Positions 1-9,422 of a stretch of DNA of 64,000 bases are shown here, piece by piece; positions within the stretch are counted from its first letter, which is position 1, and each line of letters starts with the position of its first letter. The notes under the pieces are model-generated. The model was not told the origin of the DNA. It made no database searches and saw only the letters and a list, made by a program, of their open reading frames with translations. This DNA is from Polyangiales bacterium (lineage in GTDB: Bacteria > Myxococcota_A > Polyangia > Polyangiales > Polyangiaceae). The stretch spans positions 96,001 through 160,000 of the forward strand of contig JBBRNJ010000006.1 in assembly GCA_038230375.1 (NCBI GenBank), written 5' to 3'. Both the position numbers and the translations under genes were made by a program.

Positions 1-376
1 GCGCGATCGCGAGACGCGTCTCGCTCGCGAAAGGCGCGCTGGCCGGGCAGCCGAGCAGGAAAGCATCACTGCGCTTGTAGAAGCCCGGGATGTTGCCTTC
101 CTTCGCGAAGCCGAGCTTCGTCCAGGTGGAGACCTCGTCACGCTCGACCAGCGTGTACACCTTCTCCATGCGCTCCTGGCGCGCGAGCCTGAGCACTGCC
201 TCGCGCTTGCGCGGGTTCGGCCCGGCACGGAAGTCGATGATGCGAACCGCGCCCGCGCGCCGGTTGAGGAGGAAGCAGAGCGAGACCGTGTCGTTGTTGA
301 CGAAGAGCTCGTCACGCACGACAGCGGCGGCGACGCCGTTTCCAGCCCGAGAAGAAACCTGAGATTTGACTGCCAT
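1..376 (-). CDS. N-terminal part of a putative acetyltransferase resembling the N-terminus of beta-lysine N-acetyltransferase (AblB)-like GNATs; runs off the window's left edge
   Basis: Not in ORF track. Manual translation from ATG at 376: MAVKSQVSSRAGNG...RIIDFRAGP...MEKVYTLVERDEVSTWTKLGFAKEGNIPGFYKRSDAFLLG..., open to base 1. The GF-x-x-EG-x-IPGFY-x3-DA segment recalls AblB-like proteins. Confidence 0.5.
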   Translation of the reverse strand, partial: MAVKSQVSSRAGNGVAAAVVRDELFVNNDTVSLCFLLNRRAGAVRIIDFRAGPNPRKREAVLRLARQERMEKVYTLVERDEVSTWTKLGFAKEGNIPGFYKRSDAFLLGCPASAPFASETRLAIA

Positions 377-487
377 CACAAGCACCCCACCCTGCAAAGA
401 CTCACGTCGAGAGCGAGCGAGTAGCACGCCCCCGAACGCAGGGTCAATCTGGGCACCGGCTCAGTGTTGGGAGAATCTGCGCCGCGT

Positions 488-994
488 TCAGTGCCCTTTT
501 TTGCCCTTCCGAACGGTGGGTGCGGGGGCGGCATGGGGCGGCCTGGGCCCCGAGGTATAGGGAACGATGGGGGAAGCCGCAGCCGGGGCCACGACATCCG
601 CTACCCAGGGGTCGGGCGGCGGGATCGGAATGCCTTCCTCGACGAGCGGTGCGGCCCCAAGAGACATCGCCGCTTGCGGGGGCGCCTGGGTGGCCGCTGC
701 CTGCGCCTGGATCTTCATCACGAAGAGGAACGTCCCGAGCCCGATCACGAACGAGAGCAACGCAGCGATGCCCATCGCCACGGCGCGGCTCGGGCCCTCT
801 GGCTCGACGGGCAGGCGTACCGCGAAGGTCTCGTCCCACGCGGCGCTGTCGTTTGGGCGAAGGGCCGCGAGCTCGACGCCGCCGAGCGGGGTCTCCGTGT
901 GGACCCCCTCGCGCTTGGCCCACTCGGTGGTGGGGGCATCTTCGTTGGTGAAGCGGCGCATCCGTTCCTGCCCTGCGAAAACCTTGCCACGCAT
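488..994 (-). CDS. Hypothetical single-pass membrane protein with Pro/Ala-rich C-terminus
   Basis: 168 aa ORF with one hydrophobic segment (AMGIAALLSFVIGLGTFLFV); start uncertain. Confidence 0.6.
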   Translation of the reverse strand: MRGKVFAGQERMRRFTNEDAPTTEWAKREGVHTETPLGGVELAALRPNDSAAWDETFAVRLPVEPEGPSRAVAMGIAALLSFVIGLGTFLFVMKIQAQAAATQAPPQAAMSLGAAPLVEEGIPIPPPDPWVADVVAPAAASPIVPYTSGPRPPHAAPAPTVRKGKKGH

Positions 995-1120
995 GCGTAC
1001 GTCAATTCCTTCGGCAATTTTCGCGCATGCCCATGGCGCGCAGTGTCTCCTGTGGGAGACGCCGTGATCCAGGTGCGCGTGTACGCGCCTGCCCCTGATT
1101 CGTCACGCCACCAGGCGAAA

Positions 1121-2062
1121 TCAGGTGCCGATCGCGGCCGCGTCAGCGCTCGACACACCGAGCAGCGCAAGCGTCTCGGGCAGGCGCGTTCGCTGAACGG
1201 AGACCAGCGTGGGCATGCCGCCGGAGAGCCCGAGCAGTCGCAGGAAGCTCATTCCGCTGTCGAACGGTGCGGCGAGCGTGAGCGTGTCCTTGTCGACGAC
1301 GACCGCAATCGATGCGCGCTTCTGACCGTCGAGCAAGAGGGCGGTCTTGTCGTAACGTCCGTGCGAGCCGGTGGCATCGACGAACGCCAGGTTCTTCGGC
1401 ATGCCTCCGAGGCTCGCGTTCGGCGTCATGGGGACCACGCGATAGCGCGTCGCGATCTCGCGCGTCTGCACCTCTTGCGAGGCAAGCTCCGAGGCTGCGA
1501 CATCGATCTGCTCCCACAGGCCCTTGTCGGCGAGGCCTGTCGCCAGGTGTCGCACGATGAGCCCGAACAGCGCGTGGTCTCGCGTGCGTGCGCGGATGGC
1601 GCGGTCGATGCGAATGCCGATGGGCCCCGGCGTACCGATGCGTGTGTCGATCGCGCGCGCGTCGTCGTCGCAGCCGGGGTACGGCTCCTCGCCTTCGCGC
1701 ATCCATTTCGCTGCGCTCGCAAGGCCATCGAAATCCGTGTGGCAGACGATCGTGTCGACCGCGCCCGCACGCGCGACGACCTCCTTTGTGACCATCTCCG
1801 GGCAGGCGCCGTGCTCTGCCTTCGTGCAGAGGACGAAGCGCGGATCGTTCGCGTAGTCGGCGTGCTTGTCGTGATCGTGATGATCGACCCAGGCCACCAG
1901 GCGCGAACCGAGGCCCTTGATGAAGGGCAGCGTGATCTTGTCGTATCCGCCGCCCGACGCCTCCGATGCGAACGCTACGTCGAGCACCACCACACGTCCC
2001 CGCACGTCGTTGGTCTTCGGAAGCTTGCGCGGGGTCGCGAAGCAAAGCTCTGCGCGGATCAC
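1121..2062 (-). CDS. DHH-family-like phosphoesterase (atypical motif order)
   Basis: Motifs VVLDVAF, WVDHHDH, CHTDFDGLASA, AIDTR; GGAGG RBS just upstream of the GTG start. Confidence 0.7.
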   Translation of the reverse strand: MIRAELCFATPRKLPKTNDVRGRVVVLDVAFASEASGGGYDKITLPFIKGLGSRLVAWVDHHDHDKHADYANDPRFVLCTKAEHGACPEMVTKEVVARAGAVDTIVCHTDFDGLASAAKWMREGEEPYPGCDDDARAIDTRIGTPGPIGIRIDRAIRARTRDHALFGLIVRHLATGLADKGLWEQIDVAASELASQEVQTREIATRYRVVPMTPNASLGGMPKNLAFVDATGSHGRYDKTALLLDGQKRASIAVVVDKDTLTLAAPFDSGMSFLRLLGLSGGMPTLVSVQRTRLPETLALLGVSSADAAAIGT

Positions 2063-2100
2063 ACCTCCCTCTATACGCTGTTTCTACTAAGACAGTGCCC

Positions 2101-2757
2101 ATGTCGCTCGGATGGGATTCGCGAGGTCTGTTGCCCGTCGTCGTGCAAGATCGGCTCAGCGGCGAGATCCGCATGCTCGCGTACGCCAACGTGGAGGCGC
2201 TGCGGCTCACGCAGGAGACGGGCCTCGCGACGTTCTGGTCGCGCTCACGCAGCGAGATCTGGGTGAAGGGCAAGACGTCGGGCCACGAGATCCGCGTGTC
2301 GCGCGTGCTCCTGGACTGCGACGCAGACGCGTTGATCTACGAGGGTGAGCCCGTGGGCCCCAGCTGCCACACCGGCGCGCAGAGCTGCTTCTTCCGCGCG
2401 CTCGACGGTGATGCACCCGCGGAGGGGGCGGAGGCGCAAACGACGCTCGCTCGCCTCGAGGCCGTGCTCGACGCCCGCAAGGCTGCGACCGCGGAGACGA
2501 GCTACACGAAGAGCCTGTACGATCTCGGCGCCGCCAAGATCGGCGACAAGGTGCGCGAGGAAGCGGACGAGCTGGCCCGCGCCCTCGCAGACGAAACGGA
2601 TGAGCGTGTGGTGAGTGAGGCGGCCGACGTGGTCTTCCACGTCCTCCTGGCGCTTCGTTCGCGCGGGGTCTCCTTCCGCGACGTGCTCGCAGTGCTGGAA
2701 GCCCGTACAGGCAAGAGCGGCCACGCCGAGAAGGCCTCCCGCAGCCGCCCAGCGTGA
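2101..2757 (+). CDS. hisIE: Bifunctional phosphoribosyl-AMP cyclohydrolase / phosphoribosyl-ATP pyrophosphatase
   Basis: GLLPVVVQD, FWSRSR..W.KGKTSG, LDCDADAL, GPSCHTGAQSCF (HisI); SYTKSL, KVREEADE, EAADVVFH (HisE). Start moved to ATG 2101. Confidence 0.95.
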   Translation: MSLGWDSRGLLPVVVQDRLSGEIRMLAYANVEALRLTQETGLATFWSRSRSEIWVKGKTSGHEIRVSRVLLDCDADALIYEGEPVGPSCHTGAQSCFFRALDGDAPAEGAEAQTTLARLEAVLDARKAATAETSYTKSLYDLGAAKIGDKVREEADELARALADETDERVVSEAADVVFHVLLALRSRGVSFRDVLAVLEARTGKSGHAEKASRSRPA

Positions 2758-2833
2758 ACGCACTTCTATAATAGCCCGACGTCAATCCATCTTCACGACC
2801 GGGACAAGACAAGGATATCGTCGTCCATCAAAG

Positions 2834-4861
2834 ATGGCGCACAAAGTCCTGGTCTTCGAAAGTGATGCGGCGTTCGCCTCCGAGCTCCGCAGCGAGCTCG
2901 GCAAGCTCGATTGCATCGTGGACGTGGTCGACGATGGAAACGCGGGGCTGCAGCAAGCCTCGACGAACAAACCGGATCTGATCCTCCTCAGCATCGAGCT
3001 GCCGCGCATGAACGGCTTCTCCGTGTGCAACAAGGTGAAGAAGGATCCGCTGCTCAAGGACATCCCGCTCATCATCATGTCCACGGAGTCGTCCGAGGAG
3101 ACGTTCGAGCAGCACAAGAAGCTGCGGACGCGCGCGGAGGAGTACCTTCACAAGCCGATCGCGTTCGCGGAGCTGCGGAAGCGGATCGCCGGCTACATCG
3201 GCATCGACGCGGGCGCGGGCGGCGCGGAGGAGAACCCGGACTCATCCGGCATCGTGATCGAGGACGAGATCATGATCGAGGACGACGCCGAGCGCCGCGC
3301 GTCGTCGTTGCCGCCCCGCGACAGGTCCGCGCCACCGCCGGCCGTGCCGCAGCTGACGGCACCCGCGCCGCCCATCGACATCTCGCCCGACGACATGCTC
3401 TCGGGGCTGGAACGTCGCTCGGCCGCACCGAGCCCCCCGGCTGGGCGCCACGAGGTCACGCAGCTCGTCGACCTTCCGCCGATGCGCCCCGCTTCCGTGC
3501 GCCCGCCGGCTGCCGCTCCGCCCGCCCATGTCTTCGCGGCGCCCGTGGACGATGGTCGCATCGACGCGCTCGAGGGGGAGCTCGCGCGCGCACGCGATCA
3601 GCTCGCCACTGCGAAAGAGGAGACCGCCATCGCGACGAAAGAGGTGGAGGAGCTCCGCGGTCAGGTCGCGAAGAAGCCGGCCGCTGGGGGCGTGTCCAGC
3701 CGCGACTTCCTCGATCTGCGCGAGGCGCTGAACAAGAAGGACAAGGAGATCCTCACCTTCAAGGAGGGCGTCGCCAAGAAGGATCGAGAGATCGTCGAGG
3801 GGCGCGACAAGCTCCTGGAGCTGGAACGCACGGCAGCCGACATGGAGGACAAGCTCCTCGCCGCGGAGCGCGCTCTCGCGGACGCGAAGGAGAAGGTCGA
3901 CGAGCTTGCCGCCGACAAGGAGCAGGCGAAGAAGCTCGCCGACGACACGAAGCGCAGGTTCGAGCGCTCGCAGGAAGAGGTCGAGGCGAAGCGCAAGGAG
4001 ATCGAGGCCGCTGGCAAGATGCACGAGCAGGCCGTGGCCACGCTGCGCGCGGAGCATGAGGCTCAGTTCACCAAGGAGCGCGACGAGCACAAGAGCGCGA
4101 TCGAGGACGCAGAGAAGAAGCGCGCGGAGGAGGAGGCAGCGGCAAAGTCCACGCTCGAGGCCGCCGAGACCGCGCATGCCGCGGCGACGAAGGCGCTCGA
4201 AGAGAAGCACGAGACCGCCACCGGAGAGGCCAAGGCAGCCGCGGAGAAGGTCCTCGCCGACACCACCGCGAAGCTCACCGAAGAGCGTGAGACGGCGGTC
4301 GCCGAGCAGAAGAAGACGTTCGAGGACGCGCGCGATGCCGCCGAGAAGGACTTCACCGAGAAGCGCACCGCCCTCGAGGGTGACATCGCCCAGAAGAGCA
4401 AGACCATCGACGAGACCACGCAGGAGCTCGCCTCCACGCGTTCGTCGCTGCAGGGCACGATCGACGAGACGAAGAAGAAGCTCGAAGAGACGGAGAAGTC
4501 GCTCGCAGAGACGCGCGACAGGCTTGCCGAGACCACGAAGGCCAAGGACGACACCAAGAACACGCTCGACGAGGCCACGGCCCGCTTCGAGAAGGAGATC
4601 GCCGAATCCCAGGCGCAGACCGCGACGGAGAAGCGGGCCAAGGAAGATCTCCAGCGCGACAAGGACGCGCTCCATGCGCGCATCCGCGAGCTCGAGGGCG
4701 CTGTCGTCGACACGCAGAAGAAGCTCGCGCAGGAGGCCGACGCGAAGGCCAAGGCCGTGGCCAAGTGGGAGGCCGACAAGTCGTCGCTCGAGCGCGCGAA
4801 GGATGCGCTGGCGGTGGTGCTGTCCCAGATCGAAGAAGCAGAAGCGCGCGCGATCTCGTAG
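2834..4861 (+). CDS. frzS: FrzS-like protein: pseudo-receiver domain, Pro-rich linker, long coiled coil
   Basis: N-terminus VLVFESD...DLILLSIELP...FEQHKKLRTRAEEYLHKP closely resembles the M. xanthus FrzS receiver as recalled (ILIVESD...FAQHRKLKAHADEYVAKP); phospho-acceptor Asp replaced by Ser; long E/K/A-rich coiled coil. Start at ATG 2834. Confidence 0.8.
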   Translation: MAHKVLVFESDAAFASELRSELGKLDCIVDVVDDGNAGLQQASTNKPDLILLSIELPRMNGFSVCNKVKKDPLLKDIPLIIMSTESSEETFEQHKKLRTRAEEYLHKPIAFAELRKRIAGYIGIDAGAGGAEENPDSSGIVIEDEIMIEDDAERRASSLPPRDRSAPPPAVPQLTAPAPPIDISPDDMLSGLERRSAAPSPPAGRHEVTQLVDLPPMRPASVRPPAAAPPAHVFAAPVDDGRIDALEGELARARDQLATAKEETAIATKEVEELRGQVAKKPAAGGVSSRDFLDLREALNKKDKEILTFKEGVAKKDREIVEGRDKLLELERTAADMEDKLLAAERALADAKEKVDELAADKEQAKKLADDTKRRFERSQEEVEAKRKEIEAAGKMHEQAVATLRAEHEAQFTKERDEHKSAIEDAEKKRAEEEAAAKSTLEAAETAHAAATKALEEKHETATGEAKAAAEKVLADTTAKLTEERETAVAEQKKTFEDARDAAEKDFTEKRTALEGDIAQKSKTIDETTQELASTRSSLQGTIDETKKKLEETEKSLAETRDRLAETTKAKDDTKNTLDEATARFEKEIAESQAQTATEKRAKEDLQRDKDALHARIRELEGAVVDTQKKLAQEADAKAKAVAKWEADKSSLERAKDALAVVLSQIEEAEARAIS

Positions 4862-4867
4862 CGTCCG

Positions 4868-6196
4868 TCAGGCGCGAAGGCCCGCGCGCGTGGCGAGCGT
4901 CTCGCCCAGCGTGCGCGCGCGCGACACCACGCGCTCGGCGTCGAGCAGCATGTGCTCTCCGTCGCGCACCACCTGCGCGCCGTCGGCGAGCACGTGGGTG
5001 ACGTCACGGGCGGTGCATGCATAGACAAGCCGTGAGAACACGTCGCCGCCAGGCTCCACGTGCGCGCCGTCCGTGCGGACCACCACGATGTCCGCGCGCT
5101 TGCCGACCTCGATGCTGCCGGTGACGTCCCCCAGGCCGAGCGCGCGTGCGCCGTCAATCGTCGCGAGCCGGAACGCGCGCTTCGCAGGCAGCGAGGTCAC
5201 GCCGGTGCGCACCTTCGCGAGCAGCGCCGCGTGACGCAGCTCCATCCACGGGTCCAGGTTGTTGTTGCAGGGTGCCCCATCCGCGCCGAGCGCGAGCTGC
5301 ACGCCCAGTGCGTCTAGCTCCGCGACGCGCGCGATGCCGGAGCCGAGCTTGAGGTTGGCGCTCGGGCAATGGACGATGCGCGTGCCCTCCTCCGCCATCA
5401 GCGTGGCCTCGTCGTCCGTCAGCTGCACGCCATGGGCGAAGATCGCGCGCGGCCCATGAAATCCCCAGCGGCGCATGACCGCCACGTCCTCTTCACCCAG
5501 CAGCTCGCGCACCGTCTGGCGCTCGTCGGGGTGCTCGGCCACGTGGCTGTGCATGAGCACTTCGTGCTCGTTCGAGCGCTCAGCGACGCCACGCACGAGC
5601 TTCTCCGTGCACGAGAGGATGAAGCGCGGCGCGTACGCGTAGAGGAGACGACCCTGGTCGTTGCCGTGCCAGGCCTTGCGCAGCTTGTCGCTCGCAGCAA
5701 GACTATCCTTCGTGGTCTCGCGCAAGCCCTTGGGGACGGATGCGCCGGCGTCCATCATGGCCTTGCCACCCACGACCCGGATGCCTGCGCGTGAGCATGC
5801 GTCGAAGATCGCGTCGTAGCCATGCACCGTGCCCATGTCGAGCAGCGTGGTGGTCCCCGCCAGCATCGACTCCAGGAGCCCGAGCTCGGCGCTCGCCGTG
5901 AGCGTCTCTTCGTCGTGGGCGGCCTCGAGCGGCCAGATGCGCTCTCTCAGCCAGGAGAGCAGGGGCAGGTCGTCCGCCATGCCGCGCATGAGGACCTGGC
6001 AGAGGTGTACGTGGGCCTGTACGAAGCCCGGGATGACCGCCGCGCCGTCCGCAGAGATGACGCGCGTGAGGCCATGCGGCCGCAGACGCGGGCCGATCTC
6101 CACGATGCGCGAGTCCCGGACGCGCACGTCAGCCGCGACGACCGTGTCCTCCGCGTTGCAGGTCACAACCAATCCCCCGACGATCAACGTGTCCAC
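4868..6196 (-). CDS. Amidohydrolase of the 5'-deoxyadenosine / MTA-SAH deaminase group
   Basis: PGFVQAHVHLCQ metal-binding HxH, DDLPLLSWLRERIWPLEA, GTTT, HVAE, HCPSANLKLGSG, LGADG..CNN, GSIEVGKRAD. Confidence 0.88.
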   Translation of the reverse strand: MDTLIVGGLVVTCNAEDTVVAADVRVRDSRIVEIGPRLRPHGLTRVISADGAAVIPGFVQAHVHLCQVLMRGMADDLPLLSWLRERIWPLEAAHDEETLTASAELGLLESMLAGTTTLLDMGTVHGYDAIFDACSRAGIRVVGGKAMMDAGASVPKGLRETTKDSLAASDKLRKAWHGNDQGRLLYAYAPRFILSCTEKLVRGVAERSNEHEVLMHSHVAEHPDERQTVRELLGEEDVAVMRRWGFHGPRAIFAHGVQLTDDEATLMAEEGTRIVHCPSANLKLGSGIARVAELDALGVQLALGADGAPCNNNLDPWMELRHAALLAKVRTGVTSLPAKRAFRLATIDGARALGLGDVTGSIEVGKRADIVVVRTDGAHVEPGGDVFSRLVYACTARDVTHVLADGAQVVRDGEHMLLDAERVVSRARTLGETLATRAGLRA

Positions 6197-6279
6197 GAAA
6201 GATCCTCCGGATGTTGCACTCTACAGCATTCTTGTCCCTTGACCTTCGGTGAAAGTCGAACCACGCTCGGCCCAGCCAC

Positions 6280-8205
6280 ATGACCCGCATCCTTGTCGTG
6301 GACGACAGCCCCACCATCCGGCGCGTCGTCACGAATATTCTGGAGGTCTCCGGCTTCGACACGGTCGAAGCGACGGATGGTCAGGACGCGCTCGAGGTCC
6401 TCCGGAGCGGCGAGGCCAAGGTGGACCTGGTGCTCGTGGACTTCGTGATGCCCCGCATGAACGGCTTCCAGTTCGCGCGCGCGCTGAAGAAGGAAGAGAA
6501 CCTCGGGACGCTGCCCATCATCCTGATGAGCGCGAAGTCGGATCGCATCCGCGCCCAGTTCGTGGAGCAGACCGGGTCGCTCGATGCGATCGGCAAGCCC
6601 TTCGACGCAGAGGCATTGCTCACGGTGGTGGAGAACGCGCTCCGCCGCAAGAACGAGCGCCCGACCACACCGAAGCTCGTCGACCCGGCAGACGTGATGG
6701 ACGGCTCGGAGCCGAACATGCCAGCCGCGGACGCCGCCGATGACGACGATGACGGGGAGCTGATCGTCCTCGACTCGATCCCGCCGGACGATGACGGCAC
6801 CGCAGACCCCACGGTGCTTCGGCTGGCCCCTCCCGCGATGTCGCTCGCCTCCACGCTGCGCGAGACCTTCGCGCCCGTGATCGAGGCGCTCTCCGATCCG
6901 GAGACGGCGCTGAAGATGTCGAGCGTGCTCACGAAGGATGCGGCGATCGCCATCATCCGGGCCGCGACGCCGATCGCCAGCCCCGACCCCGTGCTCTTGT
7001 CGGGCAATCTGTCGACGCTCTCCGCGTCCGCCATCCTTCAGCTCCTGCAGGCGGAAGGCCAGACCGGGCGCCTCCTGGCTACGCGCGGCAAGAGCGAGAT
7101 CACGGTGACCTTCCGCGGCGGCCTCGTCGACCTCGTGCAGTCGCGCGAAGCAGGCGACGAGTTCAGGCTGGGCCGTTACTTCGTGTCCGCCGGGCTGGTG
7201 AAGCCCGAAGAGGTGGACGCGGTCGCGCGCGGCGTCGCGCTGCCGAAGCGCGAGCTTGCCGGCGATCAGAAGAAGAGCGACGCCCCCGAGGAGGCCGCGG
7301 CCCCTAGCGCCGACCCGCTCGTTCTCGCGGCCAAGACGATCTCGGTGGAGACGGTCGCGGCGCGGAGCACGCTCGGCGAAGAGGCCATCACGTCGCCTGG
7401 CAACAAGAGCGACCCGAAGGTCGACGTGAACGACGCAGGTCCCAAGAGCGGCATTCAACCCAGCTCCGCGGAGCCCGCCAAGGCCGCCGCCGCGGACAAC
7501 GAGGAGACGCCGATCGCATCCCAGGACCTGGTGCTGGACGATCTGGACGCCGATCTGGACAACGACACGCGCATCGTCGCGAGCGCCTTCAAGGCCAAGG
7601 TCGAGATGCCGCGCGAGCCGAGCAGCGGCGTGGTCGGAGACGAGGACGTCGCAGACGCTCCCGACTCGAGCCCGCCGCCGCCCACCGTGATCATGAGCGC
7701 GGCGAACGCAGTCCCGAAGCCCGCAGGCGCGCGACCGCTCCTGGGGGACGCGCTGGTGCAGGCGGGGATCATCACCGAGGAGCAGCTGAAGGACGCGCTC
7801 ATCCGTCAGTCCAGCGAGCTCATCTACGAGCTGTTGCGCTGGAAAAATGGGCATTTCGAGCTTGCGGCCGCTGCGCCCCCTCCGCTCGCAGAGCGCACGA
7901 AGCTGGGGCTGCCCGTCGCTCAGCTGGTGATGGAAGGCTTCCGTCGCGTGGACGCGTGGCAGGCGCTCGAGAAGTCCCTTGGTGACTTCGAGAGCGTGCT
8001 CTATCGCGACGACGGTGTGGTCGGCACGATGAAGGGCGACACGCTGACACGCGCGGAGCGGCGTGTGCTCGATGCAGTGGACGGTGAGCGGACCGTGCGC
8101 GAGGTCATCGCGGCGTCGCACCTGGGCAGCTTCGATGCATGCCGCATCCTGGCGCAGTTCCTGGAGGCGCGCATCGTACGTCGCCGCATCGAAGAGAGCC
8201 TGTGA
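6280..8205 (+). CDS. Response regulator: CheY-like receiver plus DUF4388/PatA-like domain with MshEN-like motifs and an acidic insert
   Basis: ILVVDDS...LVDFVMPRMNG...KP intact receiver; LSGNLSTLSASAILQLL...TGRL...FRGG (DUF4388-like); LLGDALVQAGIITEEQLKDALIRQ; W..GHF; LVMEGFRRVD. Confidence 0.85.
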   Translation: MTRILVVDDSPTIRRVVTNILEVSGFDTVEATDGQDALEVLRSGEAKVDLVLVDFVMPRMNGFQFARALKKEENLGTLPIILMSAKSDRIRAQFVEQTGSLDAIGKPFDAEALLTVVENALRRKNERPTTPKLVDPADVMDGSEPNMPAADAADDDDDGELIVLDSIPPDDDGTADPTVLRLAPPAMSLASTLRETFAPVIEALSDPETALKMSSVLTKDAAIAIIRAATPIASPDPVLLSGNLSTLSASAILQLLQAEGQTGRLLATRGKSEITVTFRGGLVDLVQSREAGDEFRLGRYFVSAGLVKPEEVDAVARGVALPKRELAGDQKKSDAPEEAAAPSADPLVLAAKTISVETVAARSTLGEEAITSPGNKSDPKVDVNDAGPKSGIQPSSAEPAKAAAADNEETPIASQDLVLDDLDADLDNDTRIVASAFKAKVEMPREPSSGVVGDEDVADAPDSSPPPPTVIMSAANAVPKPAGARPLLGDALVQAGIITEEQLKDALIRQSSELIYELLRWKNGHFELAAAAPPPLAERTKLGLPVAQLVMEGFRRVDAWQALEKSLGDFESVLYRDDGVVGTMKGDTLTRAERRVLDAVDGERTVREVIAASHLGSFDACRILAQFLEARIVRRRIEESL

Positions 8206-8221
8206 CGTGGTGGGCCGCGAC

Positions 8222-8602
8222 ATGGGCGGGGTCGTCGTGGACACGGACGGAGGCCTGCTCTTCGTTCCCGCCTCCGTCGCGCTGAAATTCGTGGCCATGC
8301 CCAAGCTGCTCACGGTGCCCGACGCACCGCCCGGGCTCCTTGGCGTGGCGCTGATCGACGGCACGGTGATCCCGGTCGTCACGCTCGGCTCGTCACGAGA
8401 CACCATGCTGGTCTGCACCTACCTTGGCGAGCCCATCGGCATCGTGGGACACACGGTGGTCGCGAGCGGAACGTTCGAGCCAGCCCACGAGCAACCAGGC
8501 TCCGTGCGCTGCAAAGCAGGCATCGCGAAGACGATGGATCTGTCGTCGGTCGCGGCGTCGCTGTCGAAGAACGCGTGGGCCGGCAGATCAACGGGTTTGT
8601 GA
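8222..8602 (+). CDS. cheW: CheW-like coupling protein
   Basis: LTVPDAPPGLLGVALIDGTVIPVVTL matches the CheW VP..P..llG...rG.vipV pattern; lies inside the chemosensory cluster. Start could be a GTG slightly upstream. Confidence 0.7.
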   Translation: MGGVVVDTDGGLLFVPASVALKFVAMPKLLTVPDAPPGLLGVALIDGTVIPVVTLGSSRDTMLVCTYLGEPIGIVGHTVVASGTFEPAHEQPGSVRCKAGIAKTMDLSSVAASLSKNAWAGRSTGL

Positions 8603-8615
8603 TAGGATTTTCTCC

Positions 8616-9422
8616 ATGTCCGACGATCGGCGACGGCTCTTTCGGTTGTGGCGCCGTACGGCAAAGACCGTAGGCGTTGCATCCGGGATCGGCACCGCGG
8701 ACGAGGCGGCGCTCTTCGGTGCGCACGAGAAGGCGCTCGGCTCCAGTCGCGCAGCCTCCGATGCCGTGCAGCGCATCGCGTCCACGCTCGCGAAGCAACG
8801 CGGCACGGTGGAGGCGACCATCGACAAGTCACGCGCGATCGAAGGGCGAGCGAACGATGTCGTGCTTGCGCTCGCGCGGCTCACGCAGCTCTTCGAGCGG
8901 CTCGGCCTGGTCGCGTTGAACGCTGGCCTGGAGGGCGCGCGTCTCCCCGAGCAAGGCGGCGCTGCGCTCCGGCTCGTATCGGACGACGTGCGTGCGCACG
9001 CGATCTCGGGACAGGAGAGCTCACGCGATCTCGGTAACGCGCTCGGGGAGCTCGCGAGCGATCTGGGGCAGCTGCTCACCAGCCTGGAGCGTGCTCGCGA
9101 GGCATCGACCGACGCAGCACAGGAGGCCGCGCGTGCCGCCGCCGCTGCCGCGGATGCCGAGCGCGCCGTGGCCGACATGGCCGATGGCTTGAAGAAGGCG
9201 ACCGGCAGCGATCCAGAGACGGTGCGTGCCATCGCCGAGGCAACGGAGCATGCGCGCGCGCTCGTCGCATCGCTAGGCACCCTGTCTGGCAAGGTGCCGC
9301 AAGCGTTCGTCGCCAGCGCGATCCGACCCGTGCTGGAGCCGCTGGTGCGCATGCTCGACAGCGATGGCGACGCCGGCGCAGAGGATCCGCCAAAGGACAG
9401 CAAGCGGGGGACCAAGGAGTGA
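8616..9422 (+). CDS. Cytoplasmic, degenerate methyl-accepting chemotaxis (MCP signalling-domain-only) protein
   Basis: LVALNAGLEGARLPEQGGAALRLVSDDVR resembles the MCP hairpin tip LLALNAAIEAARAGE.GRGFAVVA.EVR; no transmembrane segment. Confidence 0.75.
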   Translation: MSDDRRRLFRLWRRTAKTVGVASGIGTADEAALFGAHEKALGSSRAASDAVQRIASTLAKQRGTVEATIDKSRAIEGRANDVVLALARLTQLFERLGLVALNAGLEGARLPEQGGAALRLVSDDVRAHAISGQESSRDLGNALGELASDLGQLLTSLERAREASTDAAQEAARAAAAAADAERAVADMADGLKKATGSDPETVRAIAEATEHARALVASLGTLSGKVPQAFVASAIRPVLEPLVRMLDSDGDAGAEDPPKDSKRGTKE

